A stretch of 64,000 nucleotides of DNA from Candidatus Nomurabacteria bacterium. GTDB lineage: Bacteria > Patescibacteriota > Minisyncoccia > Phycocordibacterales > UBA9973. The translations under genes and the position numbers were made by a program. Below the pieces are notes generated by a model, which was given only the letters and a program-made list of their open reading frames with translations, was not told where the DNA came from and did no database searches. The DNA is taken from contig JADLEY010000009.1 in the NCBI GenBank assembly GCA_020845875.1, forward strand, positions 3,907-67,906, written 5' to 3'. Positions within the stretch are counted from its first letter, which is position 1, and every line of letters starts with the position of its first letter. Positions 1 through 9,685 of this stretch are shown in pieces.

Positions 1-1592
1 CAGGATCTCTTAACTTCACTGGAGCATTTACCGTCAGTGGTAATGCTGGGACGGTAGGGCAGGTGCTGACTTCTGCTGGAGGGGGTGCACCAACATGGAA
101 CAATATTACTAACGTTGTTTCTTTTAATCAGGCAACTCAATCTCTTTATTCTTCCACACCTATTCTTGCAGCAAGCTCTGGGAATTCAAACGATATATTT
201 CTTGGCCCTTTTGCAGGAATCGGTGCTTCTGGTACTCACGAATCAGTTTTTATAGGGAATTCTGCCGGATATGGTGCTGCTACTGCGAATGACTCCATAT
301 TCTTTGGAGATCACGCAGGATATAATGCAACTTTAGCTTCTAATTCTCAATTCATTGGTGAAGGTGCAGGATGGGGAGCATCTGGTGCGGATAATTCTAA
401 TTTTTTTGGATATTATGCGGGATCAGGAGCAATAAATTCAAGATATTCTAACTTTTTTGGACAATCTGCAGGAAGGGATTCTAACGCCTATAACTCTAAT
501 TTTTTTGGATATTATGCAGGAAATAGTGCTACTGGAGCACAGCACTCCAATTTCTTTGGAGAATATGCTGGTAATGCTGCCACCAACGCCTCATACTCCA
601 ACCTCTTTGGATATCGTGCAGGAGCACTTTTCATTGGTAACAATATAGGTTCCAACAACATCATCATCGGCACCAATATCTCTCTTCCCAACGGAACAGC
701 GAATGCCATTAACATAGGAGGAGTACTTTTTGGCACCAACACTCAAGATAATGTTTTAATGGGAGATCCCTTCATCACTCCACAGACTTCTGGAAAAATC
801 GGCATCGCTACCATCCCTACCACCTATACCTTAGAGGTCGGAAACAGTTCTGTGGGTGGCATCATCGCCTCCTTTACCAACAGTGCAAACACTTGTACTA
901 TCGACACGTCACTCTCTTGTACTTCAGATGAAAGACTTAAAACCAACATCGAAGATCTAGACGATAATACACTCGATAAACTTCTTGACGTGAGAACAGT
1001 GAGATTCAGCTGGCTCAAAGATCCTTCTGCACCAGAACAAATAGGCTTCCTTGCTCAAGACCTCAAACAATACTTCCCAGAGATTGTCTCCAAAGGTCCC
1101 AATGACTACTACCAAGTCAACTACGCGGGTATGACCCCCATCCTCACCAAAGCAATACAAGAGCTTGATATACGGGTCTCCGACATTTCGTCGCTGACCG
1201 AAGACTCGACTTTTGCTGATACGCTTCGCGCATGGCTTGCCAATGCGGGCAATCGTGTCACGCGCATCTTTACTGGCGAAGTGTGTCTCTCTGATGAGGA
1301 GGGGAGCACCTGTCTCAATCGCGGTGAATTGATGCAGCTCAAGACACTCCTTGGAACGCAGGGTGACAATACACTCGTTGATGACGAGATAGGAGAAGAT
1401 GTCCCAGAAACGTCAGAGGAATCAATGGTGCTGTCAGGGGACACTGACGGCACAGCGGGAGAACAGGCTCCCGAAGAAGGTGTTTCAGAAAATATACCAA
1501 CCTCACAAGAAGAGCCTGCCACCGTCTCTCCTGTGTCTGCCGAAGAGGCTGCCCCAGCACCAGAAGCTTCTGTACCGGCAGATACTGTGTAG
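1..1592 (+). CDS. Repeat-rich secreted/surface protein with a C-terminal peptidase-S74-like intramolecular chaperone (autoproteolytic) domain. It is 5'-partial: the frame is open back to the window edge.
   Basis: Gly/Ala/Asn-rich ~16-aa repeats (NFFGYYAG, SNFFGEYAG). C-terminal 'CTSDERLKTNIEDL...IGFLAQDL...VNYAGMTPILTKAIQEL' matches the S-D-x-R-x-K self-cleaving chaperone domain of phage tail-spike/endosialidase proteins. It is a paralog of the 16971-19577 protein. Confidence 0.6.
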   Translation, partial: GSLNFTGAFTVSGNAGTVGQVLTSAGGGAPTWNNITNVVSFNQATQSLYSSTPILAASSGNSNDIFLGPFAGIGASGTHESVFIGNSAGYGAATANDSIFFGDHAGYNATLASNSQFIGEGAGWGASGADNSNFFGYYAGSGAINSRYSNFFGQSAGRDSNAYNSNFFGYYAGNSATGAQHSNFFGEYAGNAATNASYSNLFGYRAGALFIGNNIGSNNIIIGTNISLPNGTANAINIGGVLFGTNTQDNVLMGDPFITPQTSGKIGIATIPTTYTLEVGNSSVGGIIASFTNSANTCTIDTSLSCTSDERLKTNIEDLDDNTLDKLLDVRTVRFSWLKDPSAPEQIGFLAQDLKQYFPEIVSKGPNDYYQVNYAGMTPILTKAIQELDIRVSDISSLTEDSTFADTLRAWLANAGNRVTRIFTGEVCLSDEEGSTCLNRGELMQLKTLLGTQGDNTLVDDEIGEDVPETSEESMVLSGDTDGTAGEQAPEEGVSENIPTSQEEPATVSPVSAEEAAPAPEASVPADTV

Positions 1593-1632
1593 TCCGCCAA
1601 AAAGAATTGTGTTAGTATGAGGCTACTTTTGC

Positions 1633-1705
1633 GCCGAAGTAGCTCAGTTGGTAGAGCGACGCATTCGTAACGCGTAGGTCGCGAGTTCAATCCTCGCCTT
1701 CGGCT
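1633..1705 (+). tRNA. tRNA-Thr (anticodon CGT)
   Basis: Cloverleaf read by hand. Acceptor gccgaag/cttcggc, D-arm gctc-agttggta-gagc, anticodon stem acgca/cgcgt with loop ttCGTaa, T-arm gcgag-ttcaatc-ctcgc, discriminator t, CCA encoded. Confidence 0.8.
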
Positions 1706-1707
1706 CC

Positions 1708-2601
1708 ATGGTTTCTATGCATGATAAAGATACAATCAAAGAACGCATCACGCATCTCGAAGCAGCAATGATGGAGCCTACGTTTTGGAACGATGTGCCG
1801 CTCGCACAGGCGCAAATAAGGGAATTGCAGGAGCTCAAAGATGCACTCGAAGGGCTAGGGAAGTATGACAAATGCAATGCGGTGATTACTATCTTTGCAG
1901 GAGCAGGCGGTGACGACGCCGAAGATTTTGCTGCAATGCTGTTGCGTATGTACATGAAGTATATCGATCAACAAGGATGGCGCATCGACTTCCTCCACGA
2001 GCACACCAACGACAACGGTGGGTATCGCAATGTACTGTTTGAAGTGCAAGGCAAGAAAGCATACGGCACACTCAAAGGTGAGTCGGGTGTACATCGTCTT
2101 GTGCGCGTCTCGCCGTTTAATTCCAATGCAAAGCGCCACACATCGTTTGCAATGGTGGAAGTCATCCCAGAATTTTCAGCAGCGGATACCGAAATTGTTA
2201 TTCCTGAGAGTGAACTCGAAGTAACCTTTGCTCGCGCAGGGGGTCCTGGAGGGCAAAATGTTAACAAACGAGAGACAGCAGTGCGTATGGTACATGTCCC
2301 TACAGGACTTGCAGTACATGTCGCTACCGAACGCAGTCAGGAACACAATCGGCAGCATGCACTAGAGTTGCTTAAAGGTAAGCTCTATAAACGAAAGGAA
2401 GAAGAGCGTCGTGCTGCAGAACAGGGAATGCAGATTTCCAAGACGACAGATATTGAATGGGGTAACCAGATTCGTTCTTATGTACTCCATCCATATAAGA
2501 TGATCAAAGATCACCGTACGGGTGTTGAAACAGGAGCTGTGGATAAAGTACTAGAAGATGGAGAGATAGGCATATTTATCGAGGCGGAATCAAAACTGTA
2601 G
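1708..2601 (+). CDS. prfB: Peptide chain release factor 2. The likely start is the internal Met at ~1717, because the annotated start abuts the tRNA.
   Basis: SPF motif ([16 protein letters not shown]) and GGQ motif ([22 protein letters not shown]). It is a single uninterrupted ORF, so no +1 frameshift site is present. Confidence 0.9.
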   Translation: MVSMHDKDTIKERITHLEAAMMEPTFWNDVPLAQAQIRELQELKDALEGLGKYDKCNAVITIFAGAGGDDAEDFAAMLLRMYMKYIDQQGWRIDFLHEHTNDNGGYRNVLFEVQGKKAYGTLKGESGVHRLVRVSPFNSNAKRHTSFAMVEVIPEFSAADTEIVIPESELEVTFARAGGPGGQNVNKRETAVRMVHVPTGLAVHVATERSQEHNRQHALELLKGKLYKRKEEERRAAEQGMQISKTTDIEWGNQIRSYVLHPYKMIKDHRTGVETGAVDKVLEDGEIGIFIEAESKL

Positions 2602-2616
2602 TCCCGGTGTACGGAC

Positions 2617-3318
2617 GTGATATACTATGACCACGTTGTTATGATTACATTTACGAATGTCTCAAAAGTATATCCCAATGGAGCGATCGCATTGGAAGGG
2701 GTGACGCTCACAATAGAAAAAGGGGAGTTTGTTACAATGATTGGCCTCTCTGGTGCCGGAAAGACTACGCTCACCAAACTCCTTTTAGGGGAGGAACAGC
2801 CGACTGAAGGAGACGTGCTCTTTGAAGGGAGAGATGTAACGACTTTTTCTGTGAAAGAGCTCACCGATCTGCGTCGTCGCATCGGGCCTATTTTCCAGGA
2901 TTTCAGATTACTTGCACATAAGACCGCTTATGAAAACATTTCGTGTGCGATGGAGGCGGCAGGGAAGACTGACGAAGAGATTATTTCCGATGTTCCTCAT
3001 GTCCTGCAGCTCGTCGATTTGCAAGACCGTATGTACCATTTCCCTAGTCAGCTTTCAGGAGGAGAAAAGCAGCGTCTTGCGATTGCGCGTGCCATTATCA
3101 ATCAACCCGAAGTACTTCTTGCTGACGAACCAACGGGTAATCTCGATTCAGTAAATACCGAGGAGGTGCTCAATATATTGAGAAAAATTAATGATCTCGG
3201 AACCACTGTTATCCTTGCGACACATGATCCGCAGCTCATAAATGGGCTCGGGGGACGTCTCATTACTGTCGAGAAGGGGAAGATTGTCAAAGACGAACAG
3301 CATCGTCGTAAGATATAA
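2617..3318 (+). CDS. ftsE: Cell-division ABC ATPase FtsE
   Basis: Walker A GLSGAGKTT, ABC signature LSGGEKQRLAIARA, Walker B LLADEPTGNLD. Immediately followed by ftsX. Confidence 0.9.
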   Translation: MIYYDHVVMITFTNVSKVYPNGAIALEGVTLTIEKGEFVTMIGLSGAGKTTLTKLLLGEEQPTEGDVLFEGRDVTTFSVKELTDLRRRIGPIFQDFRLLAHKTAYENISCAMEAAGKTDEEIISDVPHVLQLVDLQDRMYHFPSQLSGGEKQRLAIARAIINQPEVLLADEPTGNLDSVNTEEVLNILRKINDLGTTVILATHDPQLINGLGGRLITVEKGKIVKDEQHRRKI

Positions 3319-3326
3319 TAAAGCAT

Positions 3327-4250
3327 ATGTTTTGGACTACTTTCAAACGAGTATTGGAATCAGGATGGATTAATTTCCGCAGAAACGGCCTAGTTTCTTA
3401 TGCAGCTATCCTTGTCACGACGATTACGCTTACGGTGATTACAGGACTTTTTCTTCTCAACGCCATACTACATACTACTATCGACAGTATTCAAAAGCAG
3501 GTAGATATTACTGTTTATTTTACGGTAGATGCGCAAGAAGAACGTATTCTTTCGCTCAAACAAACGCTCGAGTCGCTTCCTGAGGTCGCTGCGGTAGGGT
3601 ACATTTCTGCAGATGACGAAGTGCTCGCTTTTCGCGAGCGTCACTCAGACGACTACCTTACTCTGCAGGCGCTCGAAGAGCTCGGCAACAACCCATTTGG
3701 AGGCAATCTCCGTATTAGTGCGCACGACTCTACGCAGTATGAATCTATCGTGAATGTCCTCGAAGGCGACAGTCAGGTAGCGCGTGATAATGCAGAAATC
3801 ATTGATCGCATCAATTTTGCACAAAATAAAGTCGTCATCGATCGACTCAATCGGCTCATTGCGGACTCTCGGGATATCGGACTTATCGTCACCATTATCC
3901 TTTCGTTTATCTCAGTGATTATTATGTTTACGACAGTGCGACTGACTATCTATGTCGTCCATGAAGAAATTGGTATTATGCGTCTCGTGGGTGCTTCAAA
4001 TTCGTATATTAGACTCCCGTTCATTGTCGAAGGAATACTTTACGGTTTCTTTGCATGGACCCTTACTTTCCTTCTTTTTCTCCCTATCACCTATCTGCTC
4101 GGACGATATGCTACTGATGCGCTTGGTCTCAATCTCTACACTTACTACCTCTCACATTTCTTCTCTATTGCTGGAGTAGTGCTTCTCATCGGACTCTTTT
4201 TAGGAGCGCTCTCAAGTGCGTTTGCTGTCCGCAAGTATCTCCGTTCGTAG
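3327..4250 (+). CDS. ftsX: Cell-division permease FtsX
   Basis: N-terminal TM helix, periplasmic domain and C-terminal 3-TM FtsX-like permease region. Adjacent to ftsE. Confidence 0.85.
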   Translation: MFWTTFKRVLESGWINFRRNGLVSYAAILVTTITLTVITGLFLLNAILHTTIDSIQKQVDITVYFTVDAQEERILSLKQTLESLPEVAAVGYISADDEVLAFRERHSDDYLTLQALEELGNNPFGGNLRISAHDSTQYESIVNVLEGDSQVARDNAEIIDRINFAQNKVVIDRLNRLIADSRDIGLIVTIILSFISVIIMFTTVRLTIYVVHEEIGIMRLVGASNSYIRLPFIVEGILYGFFAWTLTFLLFLPITYLLGRYATDALGLNLYTYYLSHFFSIAGVVLLIGLFLGALSSAFAVRKYLRS

Positions 4251-4283
4251 TCGTTGATTTTTTGTTGAAAAAACGTTATTCTG

Positions 4284-4316
4284 ACACACGCTTGTAAAGG
4301 CGTGTGTTCTGTTTCG
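4284..4316 (+). terminator. Hairpin acacacgc-ttgtaaag-gcgtgtgt followed by a T-rich tract, downstream of ftsX
   Basis: Perfect 8-bp inverted repeat seen in the sequence. Confidence 0.45.
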
Positions 4317-4336
4317 AAATTGTTCGTAGATAGCGC

Positions 4337-4407
4337 TGCCAGATCGTCTAATGGTAGGACTACAGATTCTGGCTCTGTGTATCTAGGTTCGAGTCCTAGT
4401 CTGGCAG
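4337..4407 (+). tRNA. tRNA-Gln (anticodon CTG)
   Basis: Acceptor tgccaga/tctggca (U1:A72), D-arm gtc-taatggtag-gac, anticodon stem acaga/tctgt with loop ttCTGgc, T-arm ctagg-ttcgagt-cctag. CCA not encoded. Confidence 0.8.
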
Positions 4408-4481
4408 CACTGCATGGGAACAATCTTGAGACAGCAAACGAAAACCCCTTCCAAAAGCGGAAGGGGTAAGGCAAAAAGTTA

Positions 4482-5138
4482 CTATGATAGAACACTTTCC
4501 ATCATCTTGCGCAAGTTCTTCAATCCCAGGTACATCCTAGTCTGTATTGTGTTGATAGAAATGGTACTGTCAATGCATTCAGTAATTTTTCGAAAAGTAC
4601 ACCTCTTAAAAAGATGAAGGTAGATCACTTCACGTTGTTCTGCAGGGATTCTTTCTAATAATTCTGGAATAACACGCAGGCTCTCTCTACGGATGAACGT
4701 TTCTTCAGGGCCTTGTTCAATGTAGATAGGACAGATAGAGTGGGTAAGGAGATCAATATCTTCTGAGGCATAATACCAAGTGGATTTCTTTTTGAAACCC
4801 CCTCTTACATGGTCAATCGCCAGGTTGCACACAATTCTTCTTATCCATGCTCGAAATGCATGTTTGCTGTCCATATGATATTTTCCTTCTTTAATAGCAA
4901 TAATTGCCTTGATAAAGGCTTCTTGAAGAATATCCTCAGTAAGGTGTAAGTCTTGTACAATAGGGAATACCACCGAAGCTAAGTAGGGTTGGTGTCGTTT
5001 AACAATGACGTTAAATGCTTCAGAATTTCCTGCTGCAAATTGCAAAACAAGAGTGTAATCATCGAGGGAATAAAGGTTTTTGTTCATATTTATTTTTTTT
5101 AAAAGAATGAAAGAAATGTAGTGGTAACGAGCCACCAA
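4482..5138 (-). CDS. ECF-type RNA polymerase sigma factor (sigma-70 regions 2 and 4). Probable true start at the internal MNKNLY...
   Basis: Region 2.2-like RAWIRRIVCNLAIDHVR and region 4 HTH REVIYLHLF...ISINTIQTRMYLGLKNLRK. Confidence 0.7.
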   Translation of the reverse strand: MVARYHYISFILLKKINMNKNLYSLDDYTLVLQFAAGNSEAFNVIVKRHQPYLASVVFPIVQDLHLTEDILQEAFIKAIIAIKEGKYHMDSKHAFRAWIRRIVCNLAIDHVRGGFKKKSTWYYASEDIDLLTHSICPIYIEQGPEETFIRRESLRVIPELLERIPAEQREVIYLHLFKRCTFRKITECIDSTISINTIQTRMYLGLKNLRKMMESVLS

Positions 5139-5227
5139 TACTCTGTCGACGCTATAACATAAAATTTTATAAAAGTCCAGTATCTCTTTTCTTAAAGAGA
5201 AAGAAGGGGTGGTATACTAGAAAGCAT

Positions 5228-5941
5228 ATGAAGAAAACACCTGTTATTGTTACCGTCCTTACGCTTCTTATTATTGGACTTCTTTTTATTCAGTCACGCC
5301 ATGATGCTACGAAAGCAACACGACCGATTGTTGCTGTTTTTACTGATCAACAGACGCAGCAAGTAGCGACCGTTTCTTTTGACAATACTACTCAGACTGC
5401 GACGCTCGATGGTGCAGGGTATCAAGGACTCGTATTTACACAAGACATATCAGCCTCTGGTGCACGATATATAAATAATGAAAACAATCTCGTGCTCTGG
5501 AATAAAGGAAATGATATTACCCTGTACGACTCTACTGGGAAATCACTCTTCAATGGAACGAGTGCTGCTGCAGATACGACAGGTACATCAACTGTGAAAG
5601 CGCTCTCTGAATCAGTATGGGTATGGCAGAGTACTGTGCTTGCCAATGGAGATACTATTGCTCCACGAGAAGCAGGAGCATTCGCTCTTACTTTTGGCAC
5701 TGACGGGCGTATCTCAGGGACAACAGATTGTAATAGTTTCTCTGGTTCATACTCAATAGGAGAGGGACAATCGCTTGCTTTTGGTACTTTTGCTGCAACG
5801 AAAATGTTTTGTATGAATTCTCAGGAAGAGGTCTTTACTCAAGATGTCTCGAGGAGTGTCGGATACTCTTTTTCTGATGCAGACTCCCTCGTGCTTGTTC
5901 TTGGAGGAGACGCTGGGGTAATGACTTTTGCAAAGCGCTAG
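5228..5941 (+). CDS. Membrane-anchored/secreted protein with an MliC-like N-terminal half and a META/HslJ-like C-terminal half
   Basis: N-terminal TM/signal MKKTPVIVTVLTLLIIGLLF. SGARYINNENNLVLWNKG resembles the MliC lysozyme-inhibitor fold. CNSFSGSYSIGEGQSLAFGTFAATKMFC resembles DUF306/META. Confidence 0.45.
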   Translation: MKKTPVIVTVLTLLIIGLLFIQSRHDATKATRPIVAVFTDQQTQQVATVSFDNTTQTATLDGAGYQGLVFTQDISASGARYINNENNLVLWNKGNDITLYDSTGKSLFNGTSAAADTTGTSTVKALSESVWVWQSTVLANGDTIAPREAGAFALTFGTDGRISGTTDCNSFSGSYSIGEGQSLAFGTFAATKMFCMNSQEEVFTQDVSRSVGYSFSDADSLVLVLGGDAGVMTFAKR

Positions 5942-6010
5942 ACAATTGTTCTCTCTGATTGTCTATGGTATAATCACTGGGTTATTTACCAATAATAACA
6001 ATACGACACT

Positions 6011-6265
6011 ATGCCAAAAGAAAACTCCGCATTTATGAAGCCATTGACGGTAAGCGCAACGCTTGCCGCGGTGGTAGGAAATGGGCCGATGCCTCGCAGT
6101 GAAGTAGTGAAGAAACTCTGGGACTACATCAAGAAGCACGACCTTCAGGATCCAAAAAACAAGCGCAATATCAATGCCGACGAGAACCTCAAAGCGGTAT
6201 TTGATGGGAAAGCAGTGGTCAACATGTTTGAAATGACCAAGCTTGTTTCAAAGCACCTCTCATAA
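6011..6265 (+). CDS. SWIB/MDM2-domain protein
   Basis: PRSEVVKKLWDYIKKHDLQDPKNKRNINADENLKAVF is the typical SWIB core. Confidence 0.7.
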   Translation: MPKENSAFMKPLTVSATLAAVVGNGPMPRSEVVKKLWDYIKKHDLQDPKNKRNINADENLKAVFDGKAVVNMFEMTKLVSKHLS

Positions 6266-6282
6266 ATAAAAAGGCACCTCAA

Positions 6283-6312
6283 AAATCGCCCGATTTTCGG
6301 GCGATTTTTGTC
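6283..6312 (+). terminator. Rho-independent terminator after the SWIB gene
   Basis: atcgcccgattttcgggcgat hairpin followed by ttttgtctttt. Confidence 0.65.
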
Positions 6313-6354
6313 TTTTGAAAAGAGTGCTCGCAAATAGTATACTAGCGAGAGGGT

Positions 6355-7029
6355 ATGATTCCTGCAGGTCGCTACTTTCTTTTGCTCATTGGAGTCCCCA
6401 TTGCTGTGGGACTTGTCTGTGTGGTGAGTGTCTCTGTTATTTTGACATCGTCGAAGACCTACATCTATAGCACTGCTGTGGAAGTTCCCAAGACAGATGC
6501 GGCACTGATTCTGGGGGCTGGTATTCTCAGGAACGGCGATCTCTCTCCAGTACTGAAGGATAGGGCAGACAAAGCTATTGAGCTGTATAAAACAGAAAAA
6601 GTCTCTCGTATTATTGCCAGTGGGAATAGTTCCTCTGAGGAGTATAATGAGACTGAGCCGATACGTCGATATCTTATCTCAAATGGCATTCCTGATACGG
6701 CTATTCTCCTTGACGGTGCAGGGCTCGATACTTATTCGAGTATCTACCGTGCCAAGAGCGTCTTTACTGTTCAGTCAATGACGATTGTAAGTCAATCATT
6801 TCATCTCCCTAGGGCAGTTTTTATTGCGCGAGAATTGAACATGGAAGCTTTTGGAATGAATGCAGATCGAGGGAAGTATAAGCTTGTCAATTATTTCAGA
6901 GAAATGGCTGCCGATGTGAAAGCAATGGGCAATCTTTTTTCTCGACGTACGCCGACACACCTTCAAGAAGAAGTAGTTCCGAGTGTGGGATCTGATGGAA
7001 GAACGCGCTATACGATCCCTTTATGGTGA
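6355..7029 (+). CDS. SanA/YdcF (DUF218) family membrane protein
   Basis: N-terminal TM, then ELYKTEKVSRIIASGNSS...NGIPDTAILLDGAGLDTYSS, typical of DUF218. Confidence 0.65.
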   Translation: MIPAGRYFLLLIGVPIAVGLVCVVSVSVILTSSKTYIYSTAVEVPKTDAALILGAGILRNGDLSPVLKDRADKAIELYKTEKVSRIIASGNSSSEEYNETEPIRRYLISNGIPDTAILLDGAGLDTYSSIYRAKSVFTVQSMTIVSQSFHLPRAVFIARELNMEAFGMNADRGKYKLVNYFREMAADVKAMGNLFSRRTPTHLQEEVVPSVGSDGRTRYTIPLW

Positions 7030-7696
7030 TTTTCCTATGACTGCTTTTGTTGAACAATTGATTACAATGATTTTAGCGCAAGGTGCGCTGGGAGTATTTC
7101 TTGCTTCCGTGATTGAAGAGATTATTGTACCGATTCCTTCGACAATCATTCAGACAGGTGCTGCCTTTCTTTTTCTTTCAGGGCATTCATTTTCGATGCA
7201 GTCGATCGGTATTTTTCTTTTCAAAATTGTTTTGCCAACAGCGGCAGGGGCGACCATTGGGACGCTAATGCTTTATGGTCTGGCGTACTGGGGCGGGTTG
7301 CCATTTATCCAACGATGGGGAAAATACTTCTTTGTTACCGAATCAAAGATTCGCCAGGCGCATGATACTGTCCTTTCGCATCGTAGTCTCTTGTGGGGGT
7401 TTTGTATTTTACGGTTTATTCCTCTCTTGCCTAATGCGCTCATTACCGCAGGGGCAGGATTTTTACGGATCCCTTTTTGGTCGTATCTTTGGACAACCTT
7501 TATCGGTATCTTTGTTCGCGCGCTCTATCTTGGTATTACTGGCTGGCTGACAGGAGAAGCATACCAGTCACTTGATGTACAGCGCAGCTTTTTTGGTATG
7601 ATGTCGTCACTTGTTTTAGGAATTACTGTGGTGACTGTCGTTGTCACATTGATTGTTCGTGCGTATGCCAAAAAGACTTTTCGTCGACATCGCTAG
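6983..7696 (+). CDS. DedA/SNARE-associated (VTT domain) membrane protein. The start is probably the internal Met near 7037.
   Basis: Multi-TM protein with FRFIPLLPNALITAGAGFLRIPFWSYLWTTFIG, the VTT signature. Confidence 0.6.
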   Translation: MWDLMEERAIRSLYGDFPMTAFVEQLITMILAQGALGVFLASVIEEIIVPIPSTIIQTGAAFLFLSGHSFSMQSIGIFLFKIVLPTAAGATIGTLMLYGLAYWGGLPFIQRWGKYFFVTESKIRQAHDTVLSHRSLLWGFCILRFIPLLPNALITAGAGFLRIPFWSYLWTTFIGIFVRALYLGITGWLTGEAYQSLDVQRSFFGMMSSLVLGITVVTVVVTLIVRAYAKKTFRRHR

Positions 7697-8513
7697 TTTC
7701 CGCCGCTCCGTCATGCAGCATTATCGTCGTGCTGGCAGACACGATCTTCCATGGCGGCAGACGACAAACTCGTACCGAGTTCTCGTGTCTGAAATAATGC
7801 TACAACAGACGCAAGTGTCGCGAGTTGAGGAGAAATATCAGTTGTTTCTCCGACAATTTCCGACACTTGCTCGGCTCGCTGCAGCACCACTTTCATCGGT
7901 GCTCGCGGTGTGGAGTGGTCTAGGTTACAACCGTCGTGCGAAGTTTCTTCATGAAGCGGCGCGGGAAATCGTACAAAAATACCATGGGAGTATGCCTCGC
8001 ACAGTAGAAGGACTCGAGGCGCTCCCAGGAGTCGGTCCGTACACGGCGCGCGCGGTTGCTGCATTTGCTTACGAACAACCGACAGTGTTTATCGAAACAA
8101 ATATACGCACCGTATTTATTCATCACTTTTTTACGCACAAGCAGATTGTCTCTGATAAAGATATCTTTCCACTTATCGAGATTACTCTCGATAAAAAGCA
8201 TCCTGCCGCATGGTATGCAGCACTCATGGACTATGGTGTGTTTCTTAAAGAGAGAGGTTCTCGAGTGCATCGCAAAAGTTTCCAGTATAAAAAACAATCA
8301 CCTCTGCAAGGGTCACGTCGAGAAGTGCGCGGAGCAATTCTCAAAGCACTCGTTCAACGTAGTCACTCGGCTGCATCATTGATAAAAAAGACGGGATTCT
8401 CGTCAGAACGCATAACAGAAGCGCTTCAGACATTGATAAGAGATGCTATGATTATTCGTTGTCGACAAGAGCAATATCTTCTACCGGGTCAAGATCAATC
8501 GGAGCAGAAGTAG
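7653..8513 (+). CDS. MutY/EndoIII-like HhH-GPD DNA glycosylase without Fe-S cluster cysteines. Probable start at MQHYRR (~7713).
   Basis: HDLPWRQTTNSYRVLVSEIMLQQTQV and the HhH motif LEALPGVGPYTARAVAAFAY. No C-x6-C-x2-C-x5-C cluster. Confidence 0.6.
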   Translation: MFVRMPKRLFVDIASFRRSVMQHYRRAGRHDLPWRQTTNSYRVLVSEIMLQQTQVSRVEEKYQLFLRQFPTLARLAAAPLSSVLAVWSGLGYNRRAKFLHEAAREIVQKYHGSMPRTVEGLEALPGVGPYTARAVAAFAYEQPTVFIETNIRTVFIHHFFTHKQIVSDKDIFPLIEITLDKKHPAAWYAALMDYGVFLKERGSRVHRKSFQYKKQSPLQGSRREVRGAILKALVQRSHSAASLIKKTGFSSERITEALQTLIRDAMIIRCRQEQYLLPGQDQSEQK

Positions 8514-9657
8514 CAGATTCTTTGCTGTAGATAATCGTAAAAAGTGACATTCCTAGCATGATGATGCCAAGGATAAAAAAGAGTGTTGCGTACATATTCC
8601 ACCCGAGGAGAATAATTCCAAGCATTGGGCCGACAAGGTATGCCAGAGGAACCATGTTGCGGAAAAGGGCAATTGTCGGCGTATCATCGTCTTCGACTGT
8701 TTTGAAAAAATAACTTTCATTGGCGACCTCGATAATACTCGCACCGACGCGAGTGAGGAAAAGAATGAGAGCTACAGCGACCGCGCCTATTTCTCCTGTC
8801 AGTGAAAAAATGAGCGTGGCGACACCGGCAGTAAGAAATCCTCCTGCAATAAGGATACGTTCGTTAGAGAAGCGATCTGCTGCTCGCCCTGCAGGGTACT
8901 GGAGGAGGACAAATGGGATAAGCATCACCGAAAAGATACCACCAACTGCTTCCCAAGAAAATCCAAGAACACGGGTGAGATAGAGCGGTGAATAGATTAC
9001 CATCCATACATAAAAGAGCTGCAGGAAGAAGTTGATGATAATAGCATGTCGAACATTGTCACGTTTTCGCAATCGTAAAAAAAGGTGAGAAAAAGAAATC
9101 TGAGTATAGGGTGCGTCGCGATACCCGCGCTCGCCAATAGCAATTATCAAAAATGCCGACACTACTGCACAGGCGGCGAAGAAATACACAATCCCAAATC
9201 CATAGTGTCCTTCAAGTGCACCAGCGAGTACTGGCATGCCAACCCAAGCGAGATTGTTGAGTGTGAGAAAAAGTCCACGTGTATTTCCTACTTTTTTTTG
9301 TCCGGCAAGGTGCTCGATAAATACATCAAAGCTGTAGTAGACGAGTGAGTTGAGCGCGAAGTAGGGGATGAAGAGAAGAATGCTGGTCCAGTGTCCATTG
9401 GACACACCGATACCGCACAGGAGCAATGCAGAAAGTCCGAAGAGAGTGAGAATAGAACGGAAATTTCCAAAGCGGCGAATAAATACTCCCGAACGATGTA
9501 TGAGGAGTATCGACAAGAGAGATCCGAGCGCAAAGACAAAACTAACAGCCTTGGGCTGCAGAACACTTCCTAGCATGCTCGAATTGATATAGGAGACAAT
9601 TGCTATGTGAAGCGAGAAAAAGAATGCAGCGAGGAAGATAGGGCGGAGTGTTCTCAT
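8452..9657 (-). CDS. MFS-type transporter
   Basis: ~12 predicted TM helices in a 6+6 arrangement with a central loop. Confidence 0.65.
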   Translation of the reverse strand: MRTLRPIFLAAFFFSLHIAIVSYINSSMLGSVLQPKAVSFVFALGSLLSILLIHRSGVFIRRFGNFRSILTLFGLSALLLCGIGVSNGHWTSILLFIPYFALNSLVYYSFDVFIEHLAGQKKVGNTRGLFLTLNNLAWVGMPVLAGALEGHYGFGIVYFFAACAVVSAFLIIAIGERGYRDAPYTQISFSHLFLRLRKRDNVRHAIIINFFLQLFYVWMVIYSPLYLTRVLGFSWEAVGGIFSVMLIPFVLLQYPAGRAADRFSNERILIAGGFLTAGVATLIFSLTGEIGAVAVALILFLTRVGASIIEVANESYFFKTVEDDDTPTIALFRNMVPLAYLVGPMLGIILLGWNMYATLFFILGIIMLGMSLFTIIYSKESATSAPIDLDPVEDIALVDNE

Positions 9658-9685
9658 ACGACATCCTCAGTATAGCAGGAGAGTA

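Noticed and set aside
1121-1690. 189-aa minus-strand ORF overlapping the surface-protein gene and the tRNA-Thr
   Set aside because: It is antisense to a well-supported CDS and runs through a tRNA, so it is spurious.
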